Shown here piece after piece: positions 47,944 to 57,416 of a stretch of DNA of 58,571 nucleotides. Source of the stretch: a virus (taxonomy: Duplodnaviria; Caudoviricetes); the IMG/VR virus record IMGVR_UViG_3300030060_000055, positions 1-58,571 of that record. One strand, written 5' to 3'. The position numbers and the translations under genes are program-made. Position 1 is the stretch's first letter. The number at the start of each line of letters is the position of its first letter. The notes under the pieces were generated by a model. It worked only from the letters and a program-made list of their open reading frames with translations. It did not search any database and was not told the origin of the DNA.

Positions 47944-49661
47944 ACGAAGTAAAACTAACTAAAACTTTAGACCAACAACTAAACGATAAAGGAATACATC
48001 TTAGGCACTATGACATAGGGCAACAGAAAACTACATGCCCTGAGTGTTCGCATGAACGCAAGAACAAACGTGACTTGTGCCTGTCAATAAATATAAATGA
48101 ACAGGGCGCACGATGGCGATGCCATCATTGCTTGTGGGAGGGCAACGCATGGCGAGAGTCATTGAAGAAACCACCACAGATACGAAAGGTTGCGCCTAAG
48201 AAACCATCCATAATACCCAACACAAAAAGTGTACGAGGTACATGGGCGGAACAATTCTTGAACGAGCGAGGAATAGACACAGACTTTGCAGACAAACATG
48301 GAGTGGGTGTAGTCTCACACTTTGTTAATAACAAACGACAAGACTGTATTGCCTTTGTGTACAAGAACGAGGAGGGTGTGCCTGTAAATATTAAGTTTCG
48401 CACGCCTGATAAACACTACGCCCAACTACCTGACTGTGAGCGCATCCCTTATGGAATTGATTGTTTAAACGACTCAACGGACACGATCCTGATCTGCGAG
48501 GGCGAGATGGATGCACTCACTTGGAAGTTAATCACAGAGAACGTACTGTCTATACCTGATGGTGCAAGTGATAGAAAGATGGATTGGTTAAGCGAGTTTG
48601 ATTTCAACAAGTACAAAAGAATTTATCTAGCACTTGATAACGATGATGCCGGTATCCAATGTCGTGAGGAGTTGGCAAGAAGGATAGGTAGGGAAAGATG
48701 TTTCATAATTACATATCCTGATAATTGTAAAGATGGCAATGAGATACTATGTAAACACGACAGATCATCGCTGCAACAATGTTTAAACACAGCTGAGCCA
48801 TATCCAATCAAGTCTTTGTATACTGCAAATGGATTTATGGAAGAGGGTTTGCAGTTGTTTAGGGGGGGGTTGCGCAAAGGATTATCCACAGGCATAGAAA
48901 CCCTAGACGATATATTCTTAGTACGTCCATCAGAAGTAACCATATGTAGTGGTGTGCCTAACTGTGGTAAGTCTGAGTTCATAGATGCAATCGCAGTAAA
49001 CATGGCACGTATGCACGATTATAAGTGGGCGATATGTAGTTTTGAAAACCCTGTAAGCGAACATCTAAACAAGCTTGCAGAAAAGAAAGTAGGTAAACCT
49101 ACAAGGGATGGTGCTACTCCTAAGATGGATGAGGAAGAGTTGCTAGATGCTTACGATTGGTTGGCACAACACTTCTTCTTCATAAGATCAGAGGACGAAT
49201 CACCTACGATAGATTGGTGCTTGGAGGCAAGCATCAGCGCAGTATTGAGGTATGGTGTCAACGCAGTAATCTTTGACCCCTATAACGAGTTCGATCATCA
49301 ACGACCACAAGGCATGACAGAGACAGAATACGTCAGTCAGATGATGTCTAAGATAAAAAGGTTTGCGCTCACGTATGGTGTGCATGTGTTCTTCGTAGCG
49401 CATCCGGCTAAGATGCGTAGGTCTGCTGATGGTGAGTTCCCTTTAGTAGAACCCTATGACATTGCCGGTAGTGCAAACTTTGCAAACAAAGCTGATGTGA
49501 TATTGATAGTTGAAAGAGACTTCACACAGGGAAGTAGGGATGTGCGGATACACACAAAGAAGATGAGGTTTAAACAGTCAGGTAGTCTAGGTCAGGTAGA
49601 CTTGGAGTATGACCCTGTTAGTGGGCGATACTCCAAAGCCTTCGGCTATCCAACTATTTAG
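47940..49661 (+). CDS. Primase-helicase (T7 gp4/Twinkle-like)
   Basis: Zn finger CPEC..CHHC, TOPRIM ICEGEMD and LALDNDDAG, SF4 helicase GVPNCGKS, VIFDPYN, VAHP, AGSANFANKAD. Confidence 0.95.
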   Translation: MNEVKLTKTLDQQLNDKGIHLRHYDIGQQKTTCPECSHERKNKRDLCLSININEQGARWRCHHCLWEGNAWRESLKKPPQIRKVAPKKPSIIPNTKSVRGTWAEQFLNERGIDTDFADKHGVGVVSHFVNNKRQDCIAFVYKNEEGVPVNIKFRTPDKHYAQLPDCERIPYGIDCLNDSTDTILICEGEMDALTWKLITENVLSIPDGASDRKMDWLSEFDFNKYKRIYLALDNDDAGIQCREELARRIGRERCFIITYPDNCKDGNEILCKHDRSSLQQCLNTAEPYPIKSLYTANGFMEEGLQLFRGGLRKGLSTGIETLDDIFLVRPSEVTICSGVPNCGKSEFIDAIAVNMARMHDYKWAICSFENPVSEHLNKLAEKKVGKPTRDGATPKMDEEELLDAYDWLAQHFFFIRSEDESPTIDWCLEASISAVLRYGVNAVIFDPYNEFDHQRPQGMTETEYVSQMMSKIKRFALTYGVHVFFVAHPAKMRRSADGEFPLVEPYDIAGSANFANKADVILIVERDFTQGSRDVRIHTKKMRFKQSGSLGQVDLEYDPVSGRYSKAFGYPTI

Positions 49662-49920
49662 ATTTTTTCTTCTTAGATTTTTTAGCCGGTGCTTTACCAC
49701 CTACCCACGCCTCGTTTACATCAGGTGTACTAGGGTCATCGGCTACAAACTTACCGACTTCATTTCTTACCCTTGTAGGTGTAGCGGTTGCTGAAACGCT
49801 ACCACTTTCTGTGGTTGCATCTACAGATACTTCTACTTCTTCTTTAGGTTCAGGCTTATCTACAATCCAATACTTGAACCACGATTTTATTTTATTTAAC
49901 ATATCTTTGTTTTCCTCCAT
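49654..49920 (-). CDS. Hypothetical protein
   Basis: RVRNEVGKFVADDPSTPDVNEAW motif; basic tail. Confidence 0.65.
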   Translation of the reverse strand: MEENKDMLNKIKSWFKYWIVDKPEPKEEVEVSVDATTESGSVSATATPTRVRNEVGKFVADDPSTPDVNEAWVGGKAPAKKSKKKKSK

Positions 49921-50293
49921 TCGTCTATTGTTAATGATAAGTTAGTTTTCTCTACGATACGATCTAAGTCAGCATCCTCTTGCTCTCTCCACATACGAAT
50001 GAGTTTGTATACATACTGCCTTGACACACCTACAAGATTGGCAATCTGATTGCCATTCATACCCTCTTCATGCAGTTCACGTATCCTTGCGGTACGCTCT
50101 GCACTCTCAGGCGGATTAGATGGTTGACATAATGCATCATACTCATCCTGTGTAAGATTAAGATTGAGTTGATATCTTATTGTTGAGACTGGTTGCAAGA
50201 TTATGTTGGATATCTCTGTTAAAGAGTCACCTCTCTTGCGTAAATCTATGGCTTGTTCAAGCCAATAGGGAGACTTATTTCTTCTTGGCATCA
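49896..50293 (-). CDS. Double helix-turn-helix DNA-binding protein
   Basis: GDSLTEISNIILQPVSTIRY and GMNGNQIANLVGVSRQYVYK; likely start near 50290. Confidence 0.75.
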
Positions 50294-51264
50294 TTCTCCT
50301 CTGCTTGTCGCATAGCATTGTCAATGATGTCATCTAACTCAGCGTTGGTAACTGGTTTAGTTCCATTCATTTCGTGTAGCTTTTCTTTTGCTCGCTTTAG
50401 TTCTTCTGCTTGCTTGACCACATTACGTGGGTCGCCTTCAAGTATGTCTTTGCCTGTTACATATCTGTCATGTGCATGTGCAAACCATCTAGGTGCAAAC
50501 GTATCAAGATGATGTTTTGCTATAAGACCAATTAAATCCTCAAACCACAAGACGTATTTTCTTACTGCGTTTACACCTTTACTCTCTATGTCAAATATCC
50601 AATGGCTTTCAGCCAAAGACCGCAAGTCCTCATCGCTTTGCAACTGCCTATACCTACCTGTCTGTACCATGTGATACACATTTGATGTGTCGCTGAACTT
50701 CTTGAACTCTTCACCCCTAAGTATAGGGTCATTAGCACGTTCTCTACCCACGATGATTACCTTCTTGGGTAGCACAACGATTTCTTTTTCTTTCCTGTTG
50801 TCATAAGCACAGATGATATCTGTCTTACGTACCATGCCTTGCAAGAGTATGTACTCATTATCTATAGCCATACGTAACGCAAACTTCTCAGCTACTTTTC
50901 TATCGGTAGTCCATGAACACCCTTGTTCATTAAAGCTATGACACCCTCTGAATACTGCAAATTCATCAGGCAAACTAAGAAAGAAAGCCTTGTCGTCAGG
51001 CTCAAGTGTACCCAAACGATGCTCGCTTTGTAACATGTCATAATTAAAACCCCAATCGTCATACTCAAACATGTCATTGATTAAAGGCATGAAGTCAGAT
51101 GGATTCTCAACTGAGTTCCAATACTGATGGAACATAGTCCAAAAGTTTATAGGCTCTACCTCTCTGTACAAAGCATGTAGTGCCTCAATCCTGTAAGGCT
51201 TATCTACATACAACATTAACTCTGATATGTCCGCTAACTGTTCTTTTATTTTTTCTTTATTCAT
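50275..51264 (-). CDS. Protein with ADP-ribosyltransferase-like (R-S-E) domain
   Basis: AVFRG, CSWTTDRKVAEKFA, KEKEIVV. Confidence 0.5.
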   Translation of the reverse strand: MNKEKIKEQLADISELMLYVDKPYRIEALHALYREVEPINFWTMFHQYWNSVENPSDFMPLINDMFEYDDWGFNYDMLQSEHRLGTLEPDDKAFFLSLPDEFAVFRGCHSFNEQGCSWTTDRKVAEKFALRMAIDNEYILLQGMVRKTDIICAYDNRKEKEIVVLPKKVIIVGRERANDPILRGEEFKKFSDTSNVYHMVQTGRYRQLQSDEDLRSLAESHWIFDIESKGVNAVRKYVLWFEDLIGLIAKHHLDTFAPRWFAHAHDRYVTGKDILEGDPRNVVKQAEELKRAKEKLHEMNGTKPVTNAELDDIIDNAMRQAEENDAKKK

Positions 51265-51467
51265 TTGTTTTCCTTGTTATCTATAGCATCATAAACTTGT
51301 TTAGCTATCACAATCCCCCACAAACAGTCAGTCTGTAAGGATTTGTGAAGCCATTCATTTGCATTGTTTAAACGCCTCTCCCGCATCTGGTTCTGTTCGG
51401 GAGTTGTAAAGTCTATGTTAACTTCATGTGGCTTAATGTGCCACGTGGTTTTCTTTACAGACTGCAT
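51261..51467 (-). CDS. Hypothetical protein
   Basis: Overlapping ORF within early operon. Confidence 0.55.
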   Translation of the reverse strand: MQSVKKTTWHIKPHEVNIDFTTPEQNQMRERRLNNANEWLHKSLQTDCLWGIVIAKQVYDAIDNKENK

Positions 51468-51916
51468 GACAATCTATCTTTAGTATCCAAAGCTTTCTGT
51501 AAGAAAGATATAAGTAAGTCTGCCTCACCTTGTAGGTACTTCATAGCATCGTCATACGTCCACTCGCTAGGCATGTTGTCTTGGAATCCCTGACTCACAT
51601 GCAAAGGTGCATCCTCAACCATGTCTAGAAATTTACGTATACCATCGGTGTCTAAGTAACCTTCGTCATCACACATAGGCAAGATATCCTCCCACCACGA
51701 CAGGTTCATCGCCCACAGTACGCTACCTGAGTTGTACGAATCACGAAAGTACACGTCACCCTGTTTATACAGGTCATCATATATGTTCGACATGTGTTGT
51801 CTTTGTGCCTCGCTTAGTTCTACTTCGCTACCTACTTTGTCAAAGCTATCAAGTGTTTCCTTGTGATCTTCATACTTCTTATCGTATGCCTTCTCTAAAA
51901 ATACATCTGCTCCCAT
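51455..51916 (-). CDS. Hypothetical protein
   Basis: MGADVFL start, YFRDSYN; AAGGAG RBS. Confidence 0.75.
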   Translation of the reverse strand: MGADVFLEKAYDKKYEDHKETLDSFDKVGSEVELSEAQRQHMSNIYDDLYKQGDVYFRDSYNSGSVLWAMNLSWWEDILPMCDDEGYLDTDGIRKFLDMVEDAPLHVSQGFQDNMPSEWTYDDAMKYLQGEADLLISFLQKALDTKDRLSCSL

Positions 51917-52041
51917 TACTTTTTCTCCTTTTGTTTTTTTAATTCATTAAGTTTAAGTTTCAGTTGCCACCTCTTAGGTTTGCGTTGCAACCCCTCATCA
52001 GGATTCTTTTGCCAATCCTTATAAGCTTTAGTCAAGTCCAT
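51916..52041 (-). CDS. Small protein, 41 aa (not in ORF track)
   Basis: GGAG RBS; MDLTKAYKDWQKNPDEGLQRKPKRWQLKLKLNELKKQKEKK; TAATG coupling. Confidence 0.55.
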   Translation of the reverse strand: MDLTKAYKDWQKNPDEGLQRKPKRWQLKLKLNELKKQKEKK

Positions 52042-52234
52042 TGTTTCTCTCCAATAGTTGTACACCCATCTTACGTAACATATCCATCACCATGTTATGT
52101 AATGCCATGTTAGGTTCGTGACGAAACACAAGTGTCTCATCGTTTAAACTGTCTCTTGCAGTCAACAGGATATCCCCATCGTTCTTGAATTCAACAGTCA
52201 TAGTGAGTTCACCCTCCGGTATATTTTCTTGCAT
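52028..52234 (-). CDS. Hypothetical protein
   Basis: GGAG RBS; within operon. Confidence 0.6.
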   Translation of the reverse strand: MQENIPEGELTMTVEFKNDGDILLTARDSLNDETLVFRHEPNMALHNMVMDMLRKMGVQLLERNNGLD

Positions 52235-52238
52235 ACGT

Positions 52239-52568
52239 TTACTCCAGTTCGTAATTAATTAACACACTACACTTGCCAACAATCATGTCACCAAACGCAG
52301 TACGTCCTGTCTTTCTTAGCCACTTATACCATTTTGTAGTAGCCATCTTATTGATTTCGTTTGAGTTATCAAACTTACCTTCTTCGTCTATGATCGCATG
52401 ACATTCCTTGCCATCATGTATGACGTTAAGCACCTCAATCATTCCACTCTTAGTCCACGACTGCATCGTTTTTAAGTCAGGCTTTTCGTCATACTCTACT
52501 ATTTCAAAGAACACACCCTCATCATTAGGCACATCATTTATGTGCATCACATTATATGTATCACTCAT
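52239..52568 (-). CDS. DUF3846-like protein
   Basis: LKTMQSW..GMIE, IIDEEGK, NKMAT, DMIVG. Confidence 0.65.
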   Translation of the reverse strand: MSDTYNVMHINDVPNDEGVFFEIVEYDEKPDLKTMQSWTKSGMIEVLNVIHDGKECHAIIDEEGKFDNSNEINKMATTKWYKWLRKTGRTAFGDMIVGKCSVLINYELE

Positions 52569-52577
52569 TGTCGCCCC

Positions 52578-52979
52578 CTAGTGCAATATTTCATCGTTAA
52601 GTACACGCTCAGCTTGAGCATCCATGCCTTCAAGAACTTCTTCATCAGACATTTTTACCATCTGTTCGGTTTTCACTCTGTGCTGATTCCATTCTTCGTA
52701 CCAATCAAGCCTACCGCTTACATCTTCAAGCACGTCTTTGACCAAAGCTTTTTCTGTACGTAGCATCATGTGGCAAAGAAATGCAGTAAGCATGTCATAC
52801 CATACGCTTACAGGGTCGCCTTCACGTTCTTTGATTTCTTCAAAGCCAACCATGTTTACAAATGTATTTGTGAATCCCCATATCCTTTCGTATGCATCTA
52901 TAGCCTCACCTAAGTCGTCACCTTCGGCACATACAGTTGCGGATATTTTACGTAAGAACTCTTTATCTTTTTTATTCAT
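52578..52979 (-). CDS. Hypothetical protein
   Basis: AAGGAG RBS and upstream promoter. Confidence 0.7.
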   Translation of the reverse strand: MNKKDKEFLRKISATVCAEGDDLGEAIDAYERIWGFTNTFVNMVGFEEIKEREGDPVSVWYDMLTAFLCHMMLRTEKALVKDVLEDVSGRLDWYEEWNQHRVKTEQMVKMSDEEVLEGMDAQAERVLNDEILH

Positions 52980-52999
52980 GTTAATATCTCCTTGATATT

Positions 53000-53027
53000 A
53001 TTTTAGTTATAGTTACCAACATGTCAA
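53000..53027 (-). promoter_or_regulatory. Sigma70-type promoter
   Basis: Minus strand TTGACA-16 nt-TAAAAT. Confidence 0.65.
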
Positions 53028-53055
53028 CGTAATTTAACATTACGTTTACACATCC

Positions 53056-53274
53056 TCATAATTCATTTAACTTAGTTAACAAACCTTCAAGAAAAACTTT
53101 TCTCTCTCTTGCGTCAGCTACCATTTCAGGTGTATAGCTACTATTTTTTCTAATTGACCCATCTTTATTTCTAAGTAAATAAATATCAGGATTTTCGGCA
53201 AGACCTCTAATCCTGTTCAAGTCATAAGAAACACTTTCAATAAGTTCTTCTTTTTCTTTTTTGCTAAATTGCAT
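53056..53274 (-). CDS. Hypothetical protein
   Basis: AGGAG RBS. Confidence 0.65.
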   Translation of the reverse strand: MQFSKKEKEELIESVSYDLNRIRGLAENPDIYLLRNKDGSIRKNSSYTPEMVADARERKVFLEGLLTKLNEL

Positions 53275-53286
53275 AATTTTCTCCTA

Positions 53287-53499
53287 TTAAATATCAGATT
53301 CCAAGAACCTATCGCCATAAGCCTCTGTTGCATTGATCGCTTGATCTACTGCGTTCATGGGTATACCAATCTGTATGTATCCATGGTCAGGTAGACAGGC
53401 AAGCAAGTCTTTTGCGTTGTACAGATTCTGCATCGCTTGCTCATATATTTTCTTATGATCTTCACGTTCACCTAAGTCTGTATCAAATTCCTCACTCAT
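53287..53499 (-). CDS. Hypothetical acidic protein
   Basis: AGGAGG RBS. Confidence 0.65.
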   Translation of the reverse strand: MSEEFDTDLGEREDHKKIYEQAMQNLYNAKDLLACLPDHGYIQIGIPMNAVDQAINATEAYGDRFLESDI

Positions 53500-53735
53500 G
53501 CAAACCTCCTAGCTTTTCTGCGGTTACTTGGTTTAATTCTGTTTAAACATTCCATAGCCACAGCATTCCACAAGCCTAGTGTACATACACCAACACCAAC
53601 ACCTGATGCAAAGAGGACATACACATCAACCCCCCCTACATCATAGGCAATATGTAAACCATACGTATAACCTAGACCACCAAATGCAACTAATCCCATA
53701 GCAGTTGCCACTATTATTATGATGTTAAGCATCAT
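53496..53735 (-). CDS. Small two-TM membrane protein
   Basis: Hydrophobic helices; likely start near 53735 after AAGGAG. Confidence 0.6.
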   Translation of the reverse strand: MMLNIIIIVATAMGLVAFGGLGYTYGLHIAYDVGGVDVYVLFASGVGVGVCTLGLWNAVAMECLNRIKPSNRRKARRFA

Positions 53736-53919
53736 CACTCTCCTTATTATCAACAGGTTCACCTGTTATTTTATCCACAGGGTATGCATGTACTCGCATA
53801 CCTTCTGCCTCACGTGTCACCTCAACTCTAAGAGTTTGTCCTTCTTTAAGTTTAGGTTCTTCTTCTGCAATGGCTAACTTGATAGCCATCTGTATTCTTT
53901 CTTCTATTGAATACTCCAT
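53725..53919 (-). CDS. Hypothetical protein
   Basis: AAGGAG RBS. Confidence 0.65.
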   Translation of the reverse strand: MEYSIEERIQMAIKLAIAEEEPKLKEGQTLRVEVTREAEGMRVHAYPVDKITGEPVDNKESDDA

Positions 53920-53971
53920 AATTTTTCTCCTTATATGTAGTAGGTATATTCATATACATTCATATACCCTA

Positions 53972-54811
53972 CTACTTATCTTCTAACTTAGTGCCATCCC
54001 AATCTAAACCTTGCGTTTGATTCTCGTATATCTTAATCGTCCTATACATCTGTCTATCCATGTTACTCTCACGCATTTCGTTCACAGATGGGAAGTACAC
54101 ACAACCATGCCTCATGTGAAGTGGTAACTCAGCCGGAGTACCATATCCACATGACCAATCTTCTTCGGCATTGAGTTGACGTTCAGTCAAGGCAAAGATG
54201 ATCTTGCGTAGCATAGATGGATGTACCATCGCATAAGCGCATCTGTCTATGTCCAATGGCTGACCGGCAGTCTTTAAAGGCATTTCAATCAAGCCACTAC
54301 TTTTATTAGCTTTCGTATACTCAATCAATGTAATTGCACAAGACAATCCACTATCCTCAAGCTTGTCCACAAGTGACAGGATGCTTGCACCTCTACGCAT
54401 CAAAGTCTTTTCATTGATGTGCGCTGATGCACTTATGTTGACCTTGATCTCAACCACTCTACCCATAGAGCGTTCATCACCAAGCGGACTCATCATATGT
54501 GATGGGCAACCTGACACATACAGAGGTATGTTAGGCATGTATCCGGCTACGTTGTACTCATGTGATGGCAGTCTCTCGAATGACGTAGATGCATGAGCCA
54601 TATCCAATTCGTCAGACATGTGTTGCCTACCATCTTTCCATCCATACTCTGCGAGTTCCATAGCACCATTAACGTCTACGTTACCACTCCATTTGTCAGG
54701 GGCATCATCAGATGCACATCTACCCTTCCATTTAGGTATATTAGGGTCTTTTAAAAACCCTAACATTTCATCAAAGGTCTCAAACCTCATAGCAAAATTA
54801 TTATTAGCCAT
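53972..54811 (-). CDS. vWA-like partner of AAA+ ATPase
   Basis: VEIKVNISASA (MIDAS-like), RRGASILSLVDKLE, HPSMLR, GYGTP; immediately downstream of AAA gene. Confidence 0.65.
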   Translation of the reverse strand: MANNNFAMRFETFDEMLGFLKDPNIPKWKGRCASDDAPDKWSGNVDVNGAMELAEYGWKDGRQHMSDELDMAHASTSFERLPSHEYNVAGYMPNIPLYVSGCPSHMMSPLGDERSMGRVVEIKVNISASAHINEKTLMRRGASILSLVDKLEDSGLSCAITLIEYTKANKSSGLIEMPLKTAGQPLDIDRCAYAMVHPSMLRKIIFALTERQLNAEEDWSCGYGTPAELPLHMRHGCVYFPSVNEMRESNMDRQMYRTIKIYENQTQGLDWDGTKLEDK

Positions 54812-54835
54812 AACTTTCTCCTTGTTTAAACAGTC

Positions 54836-56089
54836 TTACACACCAGCTTCGGTACGAATCCTCTTCACAGTATCATCATCCAAGCCACCAAATACGTACT
54901 GACTAAGCACATCCTCCATGTCACATCCATCAAGTATTGCACGACCACCCTTGATGCTTGCTCTAGGTGATATGACACAACGTATCTTCATGTCATCCTT
55001 TGCCTTACGTAATTTCTGTACGATCTTCGTAAAGTTCCTATCAGGACTGATCTTCAACTCAAGCTTTTCATCATAGTCAAGGCTGATGACTGGCTTGAAT
55101 CTGTCAATGGTTGCACCATCAAGTTGATTCCTACCTACGTACTCTCTGTCTGCACCTCTACCATATGTGTTGGCACATGCAATCAAGCGGAAGTTCGGAT
55201 GTTTCTTGACCACTCCACATGGGAAGTCAGCTACGTCATTCTCCATAGATGCATTGAGAGCAACCAATGCTTGTGGATTAGAACCATCGATTTCATCGAA
55301 CAGGAACAAACCACCATCACGAAAGCACTTAACGAATGAGGACTCAACGTAGTTGCCATTGGCATCCATGTAACCTCTTACTTCGTAAGCTTGGAACATA
55401 GCACCTGACATACCGAATTGGTAATCATCTTGGTCAAAGGCTTTGCCTAACATGTCTGTCAACTGCGTAGCCATTGTGGTCTTACCACTACCGGCACCGC
55501 CTACAAGAAGTACGTTATCACCACGTATCAAGGCTTTGAGTACCTGTGGCAACTTCTCATGCATGAGACCATCAAACTCAACCGCACCGCTAGGCTTGGG
55601 TATCTCAACCACAGTCTTACCACCGCCATGCTTTTCAATCAGATCAACGATCACCTTTTCATTGACACCATCGTGGCAACCATCATCCAATGTTGGATGC
55701 ACCTTCTTGATGATATCAACGATCTCTTTCTCAAGAGCGTTCTTAGGCTCATACTCCGGAGGAGTATCAGACTCACCATCGCCATCAGACTCATGCTCGG
55801 ACTCGGACTCGGAAGAATCATCCTTTTCACCATCTGCATCATCTGCATCATGTGGCTCTGCATCACCGCCATCGCCATCATCTGCATCAGCTTTTAGCTG
55901 AGCGATATCAATGTCGTTGTACAGAGCGATGAGTTCCTCATCGGACATCTGACTAGCACGTTTGCCATAGGCAACTGCTAACTTTTTAAGAACCCTACGC
56001 TCACCATCGGTGAGAGTATCCAATGTGCAAGGGAAACCGAACATTGCTTTAGCACTTTCAGCAATGCTGAGGATTAAATCTACATTCAT
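54836..56089 (-). CDS. MoxR/CbbQ/CobS-like AAA+ ATPase
   Basis: Walker A GGAGSGKT, Walker B FLFDEID, HPNFRLIACANT, LDGATIDRF, ISPR; acidic linker. Confidence 0.9.
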   Translation of the reverse strand: MNVDLILSIAESAKAMFGFPCTLDTLTDGERRVLKKLAVAYGKRASQMSDEELIALYNDIDIAQLKADADDGDGGDAEPHDADDADGEKDDSSESESEHESDGDGESDTPPEYEPKNALEKEIVDIIKKVHPTLDDGCHDGVNEKVIVDLIEKHGGGKTVVEIPKPSGAVEFDGLMHEKLPQVLKALIRGDNVLLVGGAGSGKTTMATQLTDMLGKAFDQDDYQFGMSGAMFQAYEVRGYMDANGNYVESSFVKCFRDGGLFLFDEIDGSNPQALVALNASMENDVADFPCGVVKKHPNFRLIACANTYGRGADREYVGRNQLDGATIDRFKPVISLDYDEKLELKISPDRNFTKIVQKLRKAKDDMKIRCVISPRASIKGGRAILDGCDMEDVLSQYVFGGLDDDTVKRIRTEAGV

Positions 56090-56112
56090 GTGTATTCTCC
56101 AATTAACTGCGT

Positions 56113-56703
56113 TTAAACAACGAACAGACTATCAGTCTGCTCACAAGCCGGACATGGTGCAGTTTCCATATCTAGCATAGCTACGTTCTTACGACTCGTA
56201 CGAAAGTGAAAGTCGCAACTACCACAGGATACTTTCAGCATCCTAGTGGACTGTTTCTTTGTGAAATCGATATCGATTGCCCCATGTGGGTAGTCTCCTA
56301 AGAGACCAAGCACACCATCAATCTGCTCCTTCAAGCGGTTACCGGCATGGGTAGAGGTAAGCTTGCCCTCAAGACCAATCTTCCTCGCTAAGCGAGAAAA
56401 TCTGCCCTTGTGACCACTCTCATTCTTATCCACCACATGAACAAGTTCATGTGCAAGTATTTCCAATGCTTGAAAGCCATCGTCAATCACAGGATTGATA
56501 AACACTTCAAAGTGATTATCACTTGATGCATCAGCATGTATGCAGACACCAAGCACCTTACCACCTCGGTGACGAGGTGCATATCCAACAGACACCCTGT
56601 AGGGTGGCATGTCATCCCAATGACCATCATCAATCGAAAAGATAGAGATCAGTTGATCCGCACCTTCGGTGAGCCAAGCCTCACGATCAGTATAATTTTC
56701 CAT
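56113..56703 (-). CDS. SprT-like zinc metalloprotease
   Basis: LAHELVH...SGHKGRF; C-terminal CxxC...CPAC. Confidence 0.8.
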   Translation of the reverse strand: MENYTDREAWLTEGADQLISIFSIDDGHWDDMPPYRVSVGYAPRHRGGKVLGVCIHADASSDNHFEVFINPVIDDGFQALEILAHELVHVVDKNESGHKGRFSRLARKIGLEGKLTSTHAGNRLKEQIDGVLGLLGDYPHGAIDIDFTKKQSTRMLKVSCGSCDFHFRTSRKNVAMLDMETAPCPACEQTDSLFVV

Positions 56704-56722
56704 AGTATTCTCCAGTTGTTTA

Positions 56723-56764
56723 GTTTAAATACTCTCTTCACTATGTTCAGAGAGTTATTTAAAC
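56723..56764 (-). promoter_or_regulatory. Leader hairpin copy 2 with conserved 11-nt loop
   Basis: GTTTAAATA-CTCTCT-[TCACTATGTTC]-AGAGAG-T-TATTTAAAC (+ strand). Confidence 0.7.
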
Positions 56765-56776
56765 AAATTGTTAAAG

Positions 56777-57208
56777 TTAAGAGCCAATGTGTACTTGAAG
56801 TACATCACCTCCTTTTAGGTCAAGGTCTCTATCAGCAAAGCTGTATGCACCTTCTTTTGCTTTAGCAAAATTCTCTATAAAGTAGCCATGATATCCGGTC
56901 TGCTTTAGCAGTTCGTCTGTTGCTTTCATCACAGACTCAACATCCCAATAGCCATCTTTTACGATGGCTTTCGTAGATGATGCATGCCACAGACGTTCGT
57001 AGGCATTCATGCCCTTCATCCGGTCAAACAATCCGGTATCAATTAATTGACAACTGATGAGAGTGTACTCTCCATCAGGTAAGTCAGAGTAAGTCCAACT
57101 ACTCTCGTCAAGGCTTTCAGCCTTCGTGCCATAGTCAGGAGTAGACCACACCACTCCATATTTTTCCTCAAGCTTTTCAAGCTTGTCAGCAGATATATTT
57201 CTATCCAT
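56777..57208 (-). CDS. Hypothetical protein, first gene of leftward early operon
   Basis: GGAG RBS; HGYFIENF motif. Confidence 0.7.
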   Translation of the reverse strand: MDRNISADKLEKLEEKYGVVWSTPDYGTKAESLDESSWTYSDLPDGEYTLISCQLIDTGLFDRMKGMNAYERLWHASSTKAIVKDGYWDVESVMKATDELLKQTGYHGYFIENFAKAKEGAYSFADRDLDLKGGDVLQVHIGS

Positions 57209-57239
57209 TCTGTTTCTCCAGTTGTTGTTTAGGGGATTA

Positions 57240-57279
57240 GGTTTAAATCCCCTTTCACTACGTTCAAGGGGTTTAAACC
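57240..57279 (-). promoter_or_regulatory. Leader hairpin copy 1 with conserved 11-nt loop
   Basis: GGTTTAAA-T-CCCCTT-[TCACTACGTTC]-AAGGGG-TTTAAACC (+ strand). Confidence 0.7.
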
Positions 57280-57316
57280 AATCCTCTTTACCATTTTCAT
57301 TCTCTCAACATTCTCC

Positions 57317-57345
57317 ATGGTAGCGTAGGACATTATGCACGTCAA
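57317..57345 (-). promoter_or_regulatory. Sigma70-type early promoter
   Basis: Minus strand TTGACG-17 nt-TACCAT. Confidence 0.65.
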
Positions 57346-57381
57346 CTACTGATTGAATGTGGGGTTGCCGAAGGAAACGAA

Positions 57382-57410
57382 TTGATCTACGTTTAGGTAT
57401 GATTTATCAT
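57382..57410 (+). promoter_or_regulatory. Sigma70-type promoter for terS, probably leaderless
   Basis: TTGATC-17 nt-TATCAT, 6 nt before ATG at 57417; no Shine-Dalgarno. Confidence 0.55.
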
Positions 57411-57416
57411 ACCTCC

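Noticed and set aside
54836-56089. Calling the AAA+ ATPase a cobalamin biosynthesis gene (cobS)
   Set aside because: No other cobalamin genes; motifs only support the general MoxR/CbbQ AAA+ family
44104-56865. Short + strand ORFs overlapping the leftward operons (e.g. 55443-55901, 50180-50512)
   Set aside because: Shadows of - strand genes; composition mirrors the real gene
57357-57416. Longer terS start at 57357 given by the ORF track
   Set aside because: Extension overlaps the predicted promoter and looks non-conserved; ATG at 57417 is preferred
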